DNA from: Polymyxa betae A26-41
Taxonomy: Eukaryota > Protista > Endomyxa: Phytomyxea
DNA: 64,000 nt
Reading direction: 5' to 3'
NCBI GenBank assembly: GCA_003693705.1
Contig: RBZT01000673.1
Location: 126,876-190,875, forward strand
The notes under the pieces are model-generated. The model searched no databases. It saw nothing but the letters and a program-made list of their open reading frames with translations, and was not told the DNA's origin. The stretch's first letter is position 1; the number at the start of each line of letters is the position of its first letter. Shown in pieces: positions 1 to 13,394 of the stretch. Both the position numbers and the translations under genes were made by a program.

Positions 1-2
1 TT

Positions 3-149
3 GCAAGTGAGATTGTTGGCGAAGATGACGGTGATATCATCGAAGATGGCGAGGATGAGGCGCTGGAGATCGATGACGAACTGATGCACCGGGATTATGG
101 CGAAGATGATCTCGTTGATGAACTCTATGAAGATGGTGATGACTACTAA
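3..149 (+). CDS. 3' end of an upstream gene (acidic C-terminal tail), truncated by the window edge
   Basis: Open frame ...EDDGDIIEDGEDEALEIDDELMHRDYGEDDLVDELYEDGDDY* ends at TAA 147-149 and is followed by AT-rich 3' sequence. Confidence 0.6.
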   Translation, partial: ASEIVGEDDGDIIEDGEDEALEIDDELMHRDYGEDDLVDELYEDGDDY

Positions 150-495
150 TATTGTCTAATATTCCATGCCCTATGTTTAAATATATAAATCCCCAATACT
201 TCTATACTCTAGTCTCTGATAAGTCCTGATTTCTGGACGCCAGCTCATGGCTGGTGTTCTTACGACGTGCTCCTTTGCCACTTATATCAGCAGCGCAATT
301 GCCGGCTCATACCTATTGCAGATGATGTCGGAGCGCCTTTTGCTCATGGATCGGCGCTGTCCCTGTAAGTGGCATTAGGTTAAACTCAAAGATTGGATGG
401 ATGGGTACGGTTCGCGGTCAAGCCAGCCCTACCCGCTTAACACATCTGATCTTTTAACAGAAGCGGGCACCCAGCGTCCTTCTGGCGGCACCATC

Positions 496-3400
496 ATGGC
501 CGATGTAATCCATCATTGTTCACGTTCTCTTTGTTTTAATCAACGATACAGACATCCACCGAAGATGTGATTAACGGGGCGGAAATGAATTTGGCGTTGC
601 AAGCGAATGTTATTGAATCAATAGAACGCGACTTTCAGAAAGTGTTCGATCAGTTGTCAGCCGATGATTCTCTTAAAACGTTCCGACTTGAATATGAGAA
701 ATTACATGCTGCCTTGAGGAAATCTCACGAGAATGAGAAATTATTGATGAACAAATGCAGGGCGTTGAACGCCGATATCCTGCAGAATGCATCGAAAGTG
801 CACCAGGCTCTCCGTTTGAGCCAGGAGGATCAGAACTCGATCCAGCTGTTGAAGCGCGAAATCGACAAGGCTTGGAAGATGGTCGATGCCGCCCACGAAA
901 AAGAAAAAAATGCCAAAAAGACAACGCAAGCCTTGAAGCAGGAGATCGCTAACCTTAGCCGTCTGGTCGATCAAGGAGCCGGACTTAGCATCGGCCAGGA
1001 GAACACCGTCAATGAACTGATCGCAGACAAGAACAAGTTAGCAGCCGAGATCGTTCATCTCAATGAGACACTGCAAGGGCAGACTGCCCAGATTGACTCC
1101 CTCAAGAAAGATGCCGAACAATACGAATCGGTGAATTTGTGCTATCTCGCTGTCGCTGATCGGCTAACGTTTGATCTTAGCTCAAATCTGGGCTGGAGTC
1201 GTCGCTGTCCGAAGCTCAGTCGCAAACGGCTAAAGCGAAAGCCGAAGCGGAACGCGAAGCTCGTCGCGCTCAACGTCTGCAGGACGAAATGTTGGGGTTG
1301 AAGCAGTTCAGCGACAACCGCGAATTGGAGATTCAGCAGCTGAACTATGAGCTGGAGCAGGTCCGAGCTGAATCCGATCAGCTGCGTCTATTAATTAAAG
1401 ACAGCTCCATCAATCTAGAAAGGCATATCTCAGCTGTATCTTGGTTAATCTCGTCTAAAAGAAAGCTCGGCTAGGTTCCGTCGCGTCGGTGACGATCTGC
1501 GCCTGAAGAACGATGAATACGAACGACGCATTGAGGGCTATGTCAAACAGGCGAATCGGACCACTGAGCAAATCGAGGCGCTTCAGGCCAAAGTCGAGGC
1601 TAAAACCGATCTTATTCGGAAAAAGAACGAAGAAATCGAGCAAATGAAGAAACGCATTGCTAAAGCCGGGAAAGATCTCGACGTCATGACTGAAAAAAAA
1701 GAGGTTCGTACTGTATAATCGTACATAGGAACAATTCGCATAATTATGAAATGCAGGAGATTGAGAACCAGCGCGAATATCTGAAATCTGAATTGATGTC
1801 GTTCTCGAAAGAGATGGAGACTTTTAAGCGTCATGCAGACAGCGATGATCGTACGATTAAAGAATTGCAGTCTCTCCTGAAGAAGCTTGCTGCCGGTGTC
1901 CAACAATCCAAAGATAAAAACAAGAACCAGCTTGAACTGGTGAAGAAGCATAAAGAGGATAAAAAGTTAATACTTGGCTGATTGGCTCGTTCATTGATGT
2001 ATTGCTGACACAATGTTGTAGGCTGCTAGAGCAGGATATCAAGGTGCATAAGCAGCTGGAAGAAAAAATGATGAAGACGAACCATGATCTCGAAATAGGC
2101 CAAGAAAAAGCCTCTATGACAGTTCTATGCTGGCAAAAGAAATATGAGCAGGTCTGTGATCTATCTGCTATAGATTCATGTTATCTTTATCGTTGCCAAT
2201 ACCATACATCATTGATTTTCCATTTAAGATTAACATGCGTTTCCTGCCCCCATAGGAGCGTTTCTTATCTCTTCTGATATCGGCGTTTATCAGAATATCG
2301 GAATTCCTTGCAATAGAGTTCTGCAAATGATTTTTGCGTTGCACGGTTATAGGGCTTAATCGTTAAGCCATAATTTTTTCGTAGTCGTTTGAATTGCTGT
2401 TTGACTATATCATCGGGTTTATATGAAATTTTCCAGGCGGAAGAGCTGCTTAAGAGTAAAGAAATGGAAATCACGGAACTACAGAAGAAGATCAGCGAAG
2501 AGAAACAGAAATTAAAGGCGCAGCAGGCCCTCTACGAAAGCGTCAGAGCCGATCGAAATCAATTCTCACAGCAATGCGTGGAAGTTCAGGACGAGATTTC
2601 TGAGATGAAGAAAAAATTCAAGATCATCACACATCAGATTGACCAGCTCAAAGAAGAAATTGAGAAAAAAGATAACGTAACGAGCAAAACTGGAGTCTGG
2701 TGCATTCCTTTGCTGATGAAGATGTTCTGTAGGCCGTAGTCCAGCAACATTTCACGATCAAGAGTCTGAAGGAAGAAATCAAATCTCTAAAAAAGCAGTC
2801 TTCGAAGAAAGATACAATTCTGGAGAGCACCGATCAGCTTCTATCAAGTCAGGATGTCGAGATCAAGAATTTGAGGTTCGCTCTGATGGAAGCCGAGCAG
2901 GCACAGAAACAGCAGAGAAAGGTCTACGATGATGTCGTCGGAGAAAGGGTAATGGACATATAAGCGCTTTCTCATGCCTTTGATTTCGTGTCGCGGTTCG
3001 GCTTCATTGATTTCTGCTGTAAAACATTGCTTTAGCTCATAACCGCTTTTGATTTGTCGGCGCGATCCACCTCGAATGTTTCTGACATAGTCGTAGGATG
3101 TCCTCGGAGCACAGCTCATCCGACGCAACGACGAGCTGGCGCTGCTTTACGAGAAGATCAAGATTCAAGAGTCGATTGTCGCCAAAGGAGAAATCCAATA
3201 CCAGGATCGCATCACTGATATTAAGTTGATGCGTCGCGATATGGCCGATATGGAGCGACAACTGGCCCTGCGAACCCAACAACTTTCCAATACTGAGGCG
3301 TTAAAGGCTGAACTGCATCAGTTGCAGATTGAGATTCTACAGGAGAGGACTAAAGTCACAGCCCTTTCTGAAGAGCTTGAAACTCCCATGAATGTTCATA

Positions 3401-4132
3401 GGTATCTGAACCAACTTGACAATAATGCCATAGAAACCTTTACTCTTTCGATAATCTTTCCACGAATAACTGGACGTGGTTGAAATCGATTTATATTAGA
3501 CTTGAGTTTCAGCGACAATTGAGTTCAAATTTCAGATAATCATGGAAACAGCGCTCACCGCAAGTGATTTAGGTGGAGGAAACTGGAAGGTAGCGACCCG
3601 AAGGCTTGGGAGATGATTCAGAAGATACAGACGTTACAAAAACGGCTGATCGCCAAAACCGAGGAAGTAGTTGAGAAAAACTCCATCATCGAAGAAAGCC
3701 AGAAACTCTACAAGGACCTGAAAAACATACTAGCCAGGCAACCCGGACCCGAGATCGCCGAGCAGCTCTGTGTCTACCAGCAGACACTTAAAGTACGTTG
3801 ACGAAGCCGAAATCGTGAACGAATCGCTAACGGATTTGGTGGTCTAGGAGAAAACGCGGCAAATGAAAGCCATGGCAGCCGAGCTGAATATGTTGCAGGC
3901 TCAGGCTAATGAATACCGTTACGAGATTGCACAGATCACAAGCGAGCTGCAGGATGTAAAGCGCAAATATCTGGAGCAAAAGAAGATAATGCAGCTGGAG
4001 AAGGAAGCGCAACGTGCTGATCAGGTCGACACTAACGACCCGCTTTTGCGTCAGCAACATCAATTCGCCCAGCAACAAAATCGATTCGTTGGCGGCGGGT
4101 TCAATCTCAATGCAGGATCCACTAATGTATAA
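496..4132 (+). CDS. CFAP58: Cilia- and flagella-associated protein 58 (CCDC147/FAP189-like), multi-exon
   Basis: Spliced coiled-coil exons carry family motifs FRLEYEKLHAALRKSHENEKLLMNKCRALN, IDKAWKMVDAAHEKE, LYESVRADRN, DVLGAQLIRRNDELALLYEKIKIQ, ELETPMNVHRWRKLEGSDP, LARQPGPE and RFVGGGFNL. Confidence 0.92.
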
Positions 4133-4423
4133 TTTCTAATTTAAATAAACCTAGCTGAATTTGCGATCCCGAGTGATACATCCTGAAAAATCCCCATAAA
4201 TGTGGAAATCGAGCAAACAGGAATTTGATGAGTAAAAAGCGGGATTCAGCATCTAAGAGCAACGACTCAGAAACTACAAAACGGTGACAGAAACTTTTAT
4301 CATATGGCGAGACATTCAAAGTTAGTTTCGGCCACGTACGCTCCCATCGAGGTACGGTCCGACCAGTTGTGACCTCGAGAGTGGATTCGAGACGAATCTG
4401 CCTTCGTGGCGGACGGTGCCACC

Positions 4424-5018
4424 ATGATGAAGATCCGACCAAACATCATCCATCGGCGCGTTCGGGAACGCCCCGACCAGGTCCTAATCGAGAACCTCGA
4501 CAAGGAGTACCAACAGGAACAGGAGCGTGCGGAAAAGCGACGCCAACGTCGCCAAACCTTGCTTGACGAACGTCGCAAGCACCTGTTCGCAACTCCCGAA
4601 GAGAAGGCCGGAATCATGTAAAGAGGGGTTTCCACCAACGACCTGACCTTGAACCCTGAACAGTCGCGAATCACTGGAATCCCGACAGCGTTTGGAGAAG
4701 GCGCGGCAGGCCCAGAAGCAAGCGCTAGACCAAGAGGAGCGCTGCATCACAAGCGACGTCCAACAACATCTGACGGTGGCTGAAGAGATCGATGACATGG
4801 AGCAGGCCGCGCGCCGCGCTTATATGAGGAACCTCTGTCAGGAAAATCTGAAGGTTAACTATCACATTACTCTAGATAGATCGTCGTGTCTCTGATCGCC
4901 TCTACAGCTGGCTGAATACAGGCGCCGGCTCCAAGCTGAAGCCGAAGAGCGAGAAAAAACTCGCGAGCGAATCGCGTCCGGTTTCTACGAACGGTGGGGA
5001 CGCAACGCCTTTACCTGA
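4424..5018 (+). CDS. Small charged coiled-coil protein, 3 exons, possibly flagellar
   Basis: ORF pieces 4406-4621 and 4692-4895 join through GT-AG introns to a final exon LAEYRRRLQAEAEEREKTRERIASGFYERWGRNAFT*. Confidence 0.6.
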
Positions 5019-5670
5019 GAAGGGCCTAGCCATCGTTCTTCTGCTTCTATAATAAATTAGTGGGAAGACGTCCTCTCCTTTCGATCATCGTTCCTTTCAA
5101 CTCGCCGTGCAGGACGATCGTTTAACGAAGCCTGTCAGGAGACCTCAGCACAGGCTTTTATTTCTGGTTTCAGATGTGGTCGTCAACGGGTGAGATGTCT
5201 GGTCTGTTCTGAAGATCCAGAAGCTGACGCCAAAATTGTTTCTAAAAATATTTTGTCAAAGCGCCACAACGGGATAGCTGAATGACATCCGCCAAACAAA
5301 ACCGGAATGCAAAACATGACAAACTTGGCATTCAGTTCGTCAGAATCGTTGCCAATTGCATTCAGATCAGATTCTATTTCGTCTTCGACCTTCCAAACAG
5401 ACCGAGCTCCCAGCACATCACTCTGCTGATAAGCTTGTGTTATTAGATTCAAACCGTTGTTGATCGATCCAGCCCTTTTTTTATGAATGCAATCTTAATA
5501 AAAAAGATTTCCCCAGTTTTGGAACACCAACGTACAGCATTACTTGGCAAGACTGATTTGCATAACGAAAGATTGAATAGAGAGATGAGATTGAGTTACC
5601 GAATGGACGAGGAATGACTCTATCAAACCTCTCACAACAACCCAGACCCTTATTGGGCTCAGTCCATAGA

Positions 5671-6771
5671 ATGCAGATTCGATGCAGCGCCCCGGGTAAG
5701 ATCATCCTGCACGGCGAGCATGCCGTCGTTCATGGCGCCCCGGCCCTGGCAGTCGCCATTGATCGCCGCACCTACGTCACGATCACGATCACCCCGAACG
5801 ATACCTGTCGCCTTCGCATCCTTGGCGCCGAATTTATTCTGTCTCATTCCAGCCTCATCAAGCTCTCAGCGTCATTTCGATCACGAAAACAATCGTTCAT
5901 TTTGTCCGATCAGGTTGCTGACGAACTACAGCGATTCGTCGACGACAATATTAAATCGGATCAGCCCGAGCACGCTATCAGCCTCACAGTTTTCGCCTAC
6001 TTGTTTGCAGCCATCAGCAGTCAGTATCCGGAATCTCATCTGCTCCAAAAGGCGTTCGAAATCGTGATCGAGAGCGAACTGCCAATAGGTGCCGGACTCG
6101 GGTCGTCAGCATCGTTCTGTGCAGCTACGACCGGCGCCATTCTGTTCGCCACGACCAACCGTGAATTGAACGAAAACGATCGCGACAATGTGAATCGATA
6201 CGCATTCCAGGCCGAATGCATTGTACATGGCAACCCGAGCGGCGTTGATAATTTCGTGGCAGTTGGAGGCGGTGCTGTTCTATATCGTATTGGGGCCGAG
6301 CCAAAGCGCCTACCAGCTCCATTACAGCAGCGGGTCATCATTGTCGATACCAAGATCTCCAGGTCGACTAAGCATCTAGTGGCGAGCGTCTCTGAGTTTC
6401 GCAGACGGCATCCAGACGTGGCCGCCAAATTAATTGAAGCAATTGGTGAGATTTCGCAGGAAGCGGTCCAGAGGTTAAATTCGGGTTCATCGACTATCTG
6501 TCCCGAGCTGATTCGCGTCAATCATCGATTGCTGGACGGTCTAGGAGTCAGCCATATCGCCATCGAACAAATCTGCAAGATGGCCGAGCACCATGGAATG
6601 GCTGCAAAACTAACTGGAGCAGGGGGCGGCGGTTGTGTCATCTGTATCGTTCCTGAAGATTCTGATACGGAACAGTTTATGATCGAGGTTCGTCAAGCCG
6701 GGTTCTACCCATTCGAAACGACGTTCAGCAGCATTGGTGTTGATGTACGACATGTTGATGTTTACACATAA
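5671..6771 (+). CDS. MVK: Mevalonate kinase (GHMP family), intronless
   Basis: SAPGKIILHGEHAVVHG, LPIGAGLGSSAS, HGNPSGVDN and AKLTGAGGGGC motifs; an alternative upstream start exists at 5614. Confidence 0.95.
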   Translation: MQIRCSAPGKIILHGEHAVVHGAPALAVAIDRRTYVTITITPNDTCRLRILGAEFILSHSSLIKLSASFRSRKQSFILSDQVADELQRFVDDNIKSDQPEHAISLTVFAYLFAAISSQYPESHLLQKAFEIVIESELPIGAGLGSSASFCAATTGAILFATTNRELNENDRDNVNRYAFQAECIVHGNPSGVDNFVAVGGGAVLYRIGAEPKRLPAPLQQRVIIVDTKISRSTKHLVASVSEFRRRHPDVAAKLIEAIGEISQEAVQRLNSGSSTICPELIRVNHRLLDGLGVSHIAIEQICKMAEHHGMAAKLTGAGGGGCVICIVPEDSDTEQFMIEVRQAGFYPFETTFSSIGVDVRHVDVYT

Positions 6772-7095
6772 ACCGAATGGGTTTCTGCCCGAGAACATGC
6801 ACAATGCCATGGCTATACAGCAGTTTGATTAACATTCGCGTTCCGCATTCTATGTTCAAGATGTCCAGGAGCGTTTCATTTCCGACTCGCTTTTCAAAGT
6901 TGCTTGAATGATGCAGAATAATGATACGCGCCAGAAGAAAATCGAAATGCCAGATCGGGTAAAAAGGATTAAAGTTGCGTAGGATTTTTGCCACAGAAAC
7001 TGCGCAGAATTCGGCATTTTCAAAGGCTGCGCTTGGCTTAGCTGCGTCCAGGTGTTGAGTTTCGTGCGTCTCTTTTGACCGACACTGTCAGATTG

Positions 7096-8884
7096 ATGAC
7101 CATGAGTGTGTCTGAATCTGAACTAGCCGCTCGTCGAGCCCGGGCCCTGGCCATCGCCAGCAAGATCTCGTCTTCCGTTCTTGGCAAACATGCTAGATCT
7201 GAAGCTCCATCTTGGCCAGTGAGCGATGGCTCTTCGCACGCTCGCGACGGCAACAGAGTCAAGATTTACCTACCGAAAGATAAAAGTCAGCAGTTTGTCG
7301 ATATACTACAGGCTTCTGGCGGAGAGAAGTTAAGGCAAATGGAAAGACAAAGTGGTGCCCAGCTCTTTATTCGAGGAAAAGGTTTGTAAGCCTCTCTTGG
7401 ATTTCATGTTTAACAGATTTGCAGGAAGCAGTAGAGACGGCAATGACGAATTCCCAGACGAGGACATCCATATTCTTGTGGAAGGACAGAGCGAATCGCA
7501 AGTTTCAGCCGCCGAACGTATCATCAATGATCTTCTCTTCAATAAGTCCTCCCAGCTGGAAGATGCACAGCGCAAACCAGGCACGTTGGTCCTATCCGAT
7601 CGACTTTACGCTGCCGATATCGAATACTTGCCGTTCCGAGGCTCTGGTGACAAATCTAGGGTCATCAATGTCGCAGCGAATGCTGTTGGCCAGATTATCG
7701 GGCGGGGAGGCGAAACCATCAAGATGCTGCAGATGAAAACTGGTGCCTTTATACAGGTTTCGCGCGAATCCGATCCCAGCTCTAATATGAAAACGGTCAC
7801 AATCGAAGGGACACAATCTCAGGTTGATCATGCCGAAGATGAAATTATGCGAATTTTGCATGAAAACGAGCAGAAAGACCAACGTGGTCATGCCGGTTTA
7901 GGATTCGGTGCTGATACCACCACTGAGATCATTCGCATTCCTCACGACGCTGTCGGCTTGTTGATCGGGAAAGGCGGTCTGACTATCAAACAGCTGCAGA
8001 TGCGAACTGGCTGTAATATTCAGGTTCAACGTGACTGCGATGCCGACCCATCTGCAGTCACCAGAGATGTGACATTGACGGGAACGGATAAACAGATCGA
8101 GGATGCCAAACGTGAATGCGCTGCCTTAGTGCAAGGGCACGGAACCGGACTCGATATTCCTCTGGAAGCAGTCGCCCCTGGCATGATCGTCATTACACTG
8201 ATGATTCCAGGAACCTGTGTCGGCGGCATCATTGGAAAGCAAGGTGAAACGATCAAGGCTATTCAGCAACGTTCTGGTGCGCGCGTTCAGGTGTCGCGAG
8301 ATGCTTCGATGCCAGAACGTGAAATTACCGTTAGTGGCTCTGAACAGGCCGTACAAGTAGCCAAGGCGGAAATCGAGAGTATCGTTGCTGAGAATCAGGC
8401 GCGTGAATCTGGCGGTACGACTGGCCACCGGCGGACCAGCTATGGTGAATACGGCTACGAGAACGATCCGTATTCGAGACAGGCAGCGGCGTATGGCAGT
8501 GACGATTATTACCCTTATGCAGGTTATTACATGCCGTATGGGTATTATGGCTACGATGCTTCAGCTGTTGGTGGTGCGACTGCTGCTCCTGGACAGGCCC
8601 CGGACGTGGAAAAACCTGAGTCTGCTGCGAACCCAACTCCGTCTGAGGAGAATGCGACCGAGGCGCCCCAGCAACCTGGTGCTGATGCGACTGATGCACA
8701 GATACAGCAGTGGCAGGCATACTGCATGCAATATTACTCATACTATGGTCAGTATCCTCCAGAAGCGTATGGTGGACAACAGCAGTCTACAGATGGATCG
8801 ACAGCGGCCAACTTCGAATCTGGCAACGCCAGCCAGGAGGCTGAGACGCAAGCGTTATCAGAAGATGGTCAACCGAGCCGGTGA
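7096..8884 (+). CDS. Multi-KH-domain RNA-binding protein (FUBP/KHSRP-like)
   Basis: KH GxxG loops IIGRGGETIK, LIGKGGLTIK and IIGKQGETIK; an N-terminal SF1-like KH split by an intron (IRGKG|S); Tyr-rich tail QQWQAYCMQYYSYYG. Confidence 0.85.
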
Positions 8885-9378
8885 TGTTAGTGGTTCCCGA
8901 GTATAAATAATCCCATCCTGTCTATGTTTTTCCATTGTTCGTTGTTGTGGTGATCTGATTCTTTTTGTTCACGAGTTTCTTTATTCTAGTAGCAGATCGG
9001 CATTATCATACTCAAGATTTCGCCCTTGTCGTTGGTGAACAAAGGTATCGACACGCTGTCTTGTTCCTGTCTTATCATCATCCATTCATTGCCTAATGTG
9101 CGATATGTCCTTTTTATCATGTAGGTCTGCGACAGGGCAGATGTGTGAGCCTGGGGGCCTCTATACATCCCTGAATTACCAAGAACCTGTAGATTTGGTA
9201 TTTGCGACGTTAGATTTGTTCTGATTTTCGCCACATCCGCCAATACAAACAAGGTACCATATTCAAGTAGATGCTGTCTATCAAATCCGTGTCAAAAACT
9301 AGCACCTTTACGATATGATGGATAGCCGAGCATTCAATAGATGCATTAGTTGCCTTTATAATTGGACGAAGAGCAGGA

Positions 9379-10319
9379 TTAACGTTGGCTGCTGGCAGCA
9401 CGATCCTGCGCCTCTTTCTCCTCTCTTTCTCGAACCAGCTGCTGCATGGACCGAGACCATTCTGCGCGCAGGATAAGATTATCATATCCGAATCCTTGCA
9501 GTTTCTCGATCGCCTTGGCCGCACTTGAATGCGTGGCGAACGAGATGAAAGCGTAGCCTTTGCTTCGCATCGTGACTCTGTCTTTGGCCAGACGAATACG
9601 AGTAACATGCCCGAATGGCGAAAGCAGTTCTGACAAATCCTAAGACGAACATATTCAGAGAAGCCGCAAGGAACAGAATGAGGAAACTATACGTTTTCGG
9701 TGGTGTCTTCGCTGAGATTGGTGAGACGGATTGTGGGCATATCGTCTTTCGAATCGGTCGACGATATACGAGCACCGGCCCGCTGAGCAGGAACAACATA
9801 GCGTCCTGATGCGGATGATGATGTCGTCGTATCGGGGACATCGGTCGAGCCCGACGGCGTCTCATTGGGCAGCGCCAGCGTGTCGCGTTTGGGACATTTA
9901 AGCGTCCAGTGGTCTCCCACAGCGCCACACAATCGACAGATGACAATAGATTTGTTGCCGGCCAGCTTGTTGAGCGGATCGTCGGCTTCATCAGCATCGG
10001 TGCGCTTCGATAGATCCAGGATGATTTCGTCAGCAGCGAAATAAGTGACGTTTCGTCTAATTGCTTCAGTTTGGCCTTTCGCGTCGCCGAATTCGGCCAT
10101 ATGCTTGCGTCGTTCGACGTTCTTGTTGACTTTCAACTGGCGTGTGACAGGCTTGAACTTACGGATGACCTGGACCCGGCGACCTTTATCGTTAACATAG
10201 TACTCGGTTCGGGTGCGGATCCCGGTAGCAGCGTCGACGGCGTCGGTTGGCGGAGGCAGGACCGTCTCTAACAGGACGCTGTCGTCGTGCGATGCATCAG
10301 CCCAGTTAAACCCATTCAT
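9379..10319 (-). CDS. EIF3G: Eukaryotic translation initiation factor 3 subunit G
   Basis: N-terminal WAD, Zn knuckle CRLCGAVGDHWTLKCP, RRM with IRLTNLSEDT and SKGYAFISF...GFGYDNLILRAEWS; one intron near 9640-9690. Confidence 0.95.
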
Positions 10320-11273
10320 GATTTGATACAAAGAATCACCCAACAGATTCACAAGTCCGTCACGGATTTTTGTGAATGCATTCGGCCCAGCTCCAACTAT
10401 TTCATCAGCAAATGTCTGCCTGTAAGGCTGCCAACGAGCAGCAACAGACGTCATTATATTGGGCATAATCATGAGGAAATTCAGAAAATATAATACGAGA
10501 TTCCACTGTGGATGCAATTTGAGAATTGGACGCTTGTTTTTTGAAGGCGTTTTTTTCTAGAAGCGATTTCACTTCCAATGCAAACAACGTTGAGATCAGC
10601 TCCGTTGATCTGATGTCCAATTCTTGGTTTAATTTGCAGCCAGGGATTCTTTAGTTCCTGCGGCAACAATCGAGAAACTTATCAAACGAATCCATTGTCT
10701 CGATCTAATATAGATGGAAGTTTACAATGTTAATGATGTCTCAGCAGCTGTACCTCCACTTCAATGAGCTTCTACTCTCATCGAATACTTAGAGATTGAC
10801 AGTAGTTGACCATTGAAATAAATCCATACAAAAGAATGATCAAGCTCTTCCTTTTACAACATTAAATCACGCTGGGACTTACTGCGGTCATTGATGGAAG
10901 TTATCGGCTGGTAACAATTGTGGTAAAACGGATAGACAGGAAGTCTAATCTGGGAGTGCTTGTAAAAGCGGATCTGTTATCACTATCAACACAGTTGTTT
11001 GAACAACAAACAAAAAAAAAGAAATGAGAAACAGCACGTACCTAACGTTGTTGTCATCGTCATCACAGCTGATATCTACATTACTGATTGGGGTATCATT
11101 ATGCACGTAACAAATGGAGTATTTCGCAGGAAGACAAATTACAAAATCGCAACGACGGAAAAGCATTACAAAACGAACATGAAAAAAGCGCTGGATTTTA
11201 GGTCCTGGGTGACAGACGCATTAATTATTATTGGAGTTTTGGTGTTATTTTGGATCTGTTGACAATCAATCAG

Positions 11274-12276
11274 ATGATGGATTCATATCAGGTTTTATTA
11301 TTCTATTCATATCATACAATACCAGATCCAGTCCAACATCACTCCTGGCATCAACAGCTTTGTGAACGTCTACATCTGCATGGCCGTATTCGTATTGCAG
11401 GCGAAGGTGTCAATGGGACCGTCTCTGGGTCTGTCCCTCATCTACAGACTTACATGGCCTCTATTGATCATACTGGTCTATTCCCTCATATTCAATGGAA
11501 AGTATCTGATTCTCCTTCTGGTCATGCATTCGCCACCTTACGAGTCGATCTTCGTCCCAATGTAGGATGTTGACGAATATCTCCTGTCCACTAAGAGCCC
11601 GCTGCAGATTGTGAATATTGGGGCGGCTATCAGCCTACGTCCTGGACAGCATCTGTCACCTCATGATTTCCATCAGGCCCTGCTGGCCCAGGATTCGGTC
11701 GTTATTGACTGCCGGAATGTCTATGAATGGAAGATTGGGCGGTTCCCTGGCGCTATACGTCCCCCAGGGCGTCAGTTCAGTGATTTCCCTGCTCAGATCG
11801 ACGATCTCATCGCCCAAGGCGTAGTACGACCTGGACACCGAGTCCTCATGTATTGTACGGGCGGGATTCGTTGCGAAATGGGCTCGTCGTATCTGCGCGC
11901 TTGTGGCATCGAAGACGTTGCTCAGCTGCATGGGGGCATTCATGTAACCTGCTAGGGTTTAGGGTTTCGCTCAGGTCTCACTCTCTCTGTTCAGGAATAC
12001 CTCAATACGTTCTCAGATGGAGGCCTATTTCGTGGCAAGAACTTTGTCTTCGATGAGCGGATCGCCCTGTCATCAGGTTCATCAGAGATCGTTGGACGTT
12101 GTGATGCCTGCGACATCGAATTCGACGACTATTCGAGAAGACGCCGTTGTCGTCATTGTCGAATTCTTCTTCTAATCTGCGACCGCTGCGCCGAATCCAA
12201 TCCGGATTCCTTCGATTGCGGCTCCTGCCTTCTTCGACAATCATCGTCAACTCCTGCGTTGATCTCATCCTCGTAA
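11274..12276 (+). CDS. UPF0176/TrhO-type rhodanese-domain protein (TSTD2-like), 3 exons
   Basis: GRIRIAGEGVNGTV, VVIDCRNVYEWKIGRF, MYCTGGIRCE, QLHGGI, LFRGKNFVFDER and a C-terminal Cys cluster. Confidence 0.9.
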
Positions 12277-12332
12277 ACACTTATTATTGTCTTAGAGAGT
12301 GTTTGTTACAGTTTATTGGGTTTTATGATGAT

Positions 12333-13394
12333 TCAGACGGCTGGATTTCGATGTAGATAAGGAAGGGTGGATACATGAGCTGCCTGCTTCTCAGCTGGTT
12401 TACGACCGATATGATTTCCATCAATCTGAACAACTCGTGGTGCTGGTAGCTCATCCAAATCTAGATCTCGAGCCCCGGTCGTCTCTAGACATGACGTTCG
12501 TCGCTCCATTGAATCGATCACATTTCGCAATGATGTTCTTGAATGTATCCCCTTGAAATTCGCCATTGATTCATCAATCAACCTTTCAACATGATCGTCT
12601 TCATCATCGTCTTCTTTCTTCTCTGGCACCTCTTGATCTTCGATCAACATGATCGTATTCGGGGCGTTATTGTTTTGGTCAGCGGGAGCTAGACGCCTTG
12701 CTCTGACCGCCTCCGTTTCCGATGTAAAATCACCGCTACGATTGATATCAGCGACTCGTTTCTGGACGCTGCGAACCAGCTGCTGAATTTCGAGATCGTC
12801 AATGTATCTGCCGATATCGAGCTCTTTAGTGAAGCTCAGTAAATCCTCAACCTGAGCTCTGCTAGCTGTCTCTCCTTCCTCTTCTGTCATTGACCACGCC
12901 GGCTTTTGCATCTTCTTCAATTCGCTCAACGGCGCCGTGAACAGTTTCTCGGCCTCGGCTGCCGTTAATTCGTTTTCACCGCCTTTGATGGCTTCGCAGA
13001 TGCGGCGCCGAACGAACGCAGATCGTTCCTTGAAGTTTTGAAGCCGGATCTCGTCTGCAGTTTGCTGCCGGCGATGTTCGTCCTCGATTTGTTGGCGTTC
13101 ATGGCGAAGGTCATCAAGCCAGCGCCGATGCTTGCGCATGGCCGGCGCCATAGCCGATATACGCTTTCGTTGAAGCATGAAAGCTGGATTTGGTATTGGC
13201 GGATATCCAATATGATCATGACAATGACCTCCTGTTATAAAAGGAGGAGGATTACTGCCAGGAGGATGACCTCGCCCATGAGGATCCACGATCGACGACG
13301 CCGGTCGCAGCGATAGCATCACGCCTTTGTGTAGCAGCGTCCCGGACGATGTCGGGCGGGTCGGGGGATCGCTGAGCATGACGCCATGACTCAT
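12333..13394 (-). CDS. Hypothetical protein with central coiled coil (353 aa)
   Basis: Long intronless ORF with KPAWSMTEE and C-terminal LPYLHRNPAV; no family recognised with confidence. Confidence 0.7.
   Translation of the reverse strand: MSHGVMLSDPPTRPTSSGTLLHKGVMLSLRPASSIVDPHGRGHPPGSNPPPFITGGHCHDHIGYPPIPNPAFMLQRKRISAMAPAMRKHRRWLDDLRHERQQIEDEHRRQQTADEIRLQNFKERSAFVRRRICEAIKGGENELTAAEAEKLFTAPLSELKKMQKPAWSMTEEEGETASRAQVEDLLSFTKELDIGRYIDDLEIQQLVRSVQKRVADINRSGDFTSETEAVRARRLAPADQNNNAPNTIMLIEDQEVPEKKEDDDEDDHVERLIDESMANFKGIHSRTSLRNVIDSMERRTSCLETTGARDLDLDELPAPRVVQIDGNHIGRKPAEKQAAHVSTLPYLHRNPAV

Noticed and set aside
10320-10517. 66-aa N-terminal extension of eIF3g in the ORF track
   Set aside because: Homology begins at MNGFNWAD (10319); the extension starts from a non-ATG codon and looks non-coding
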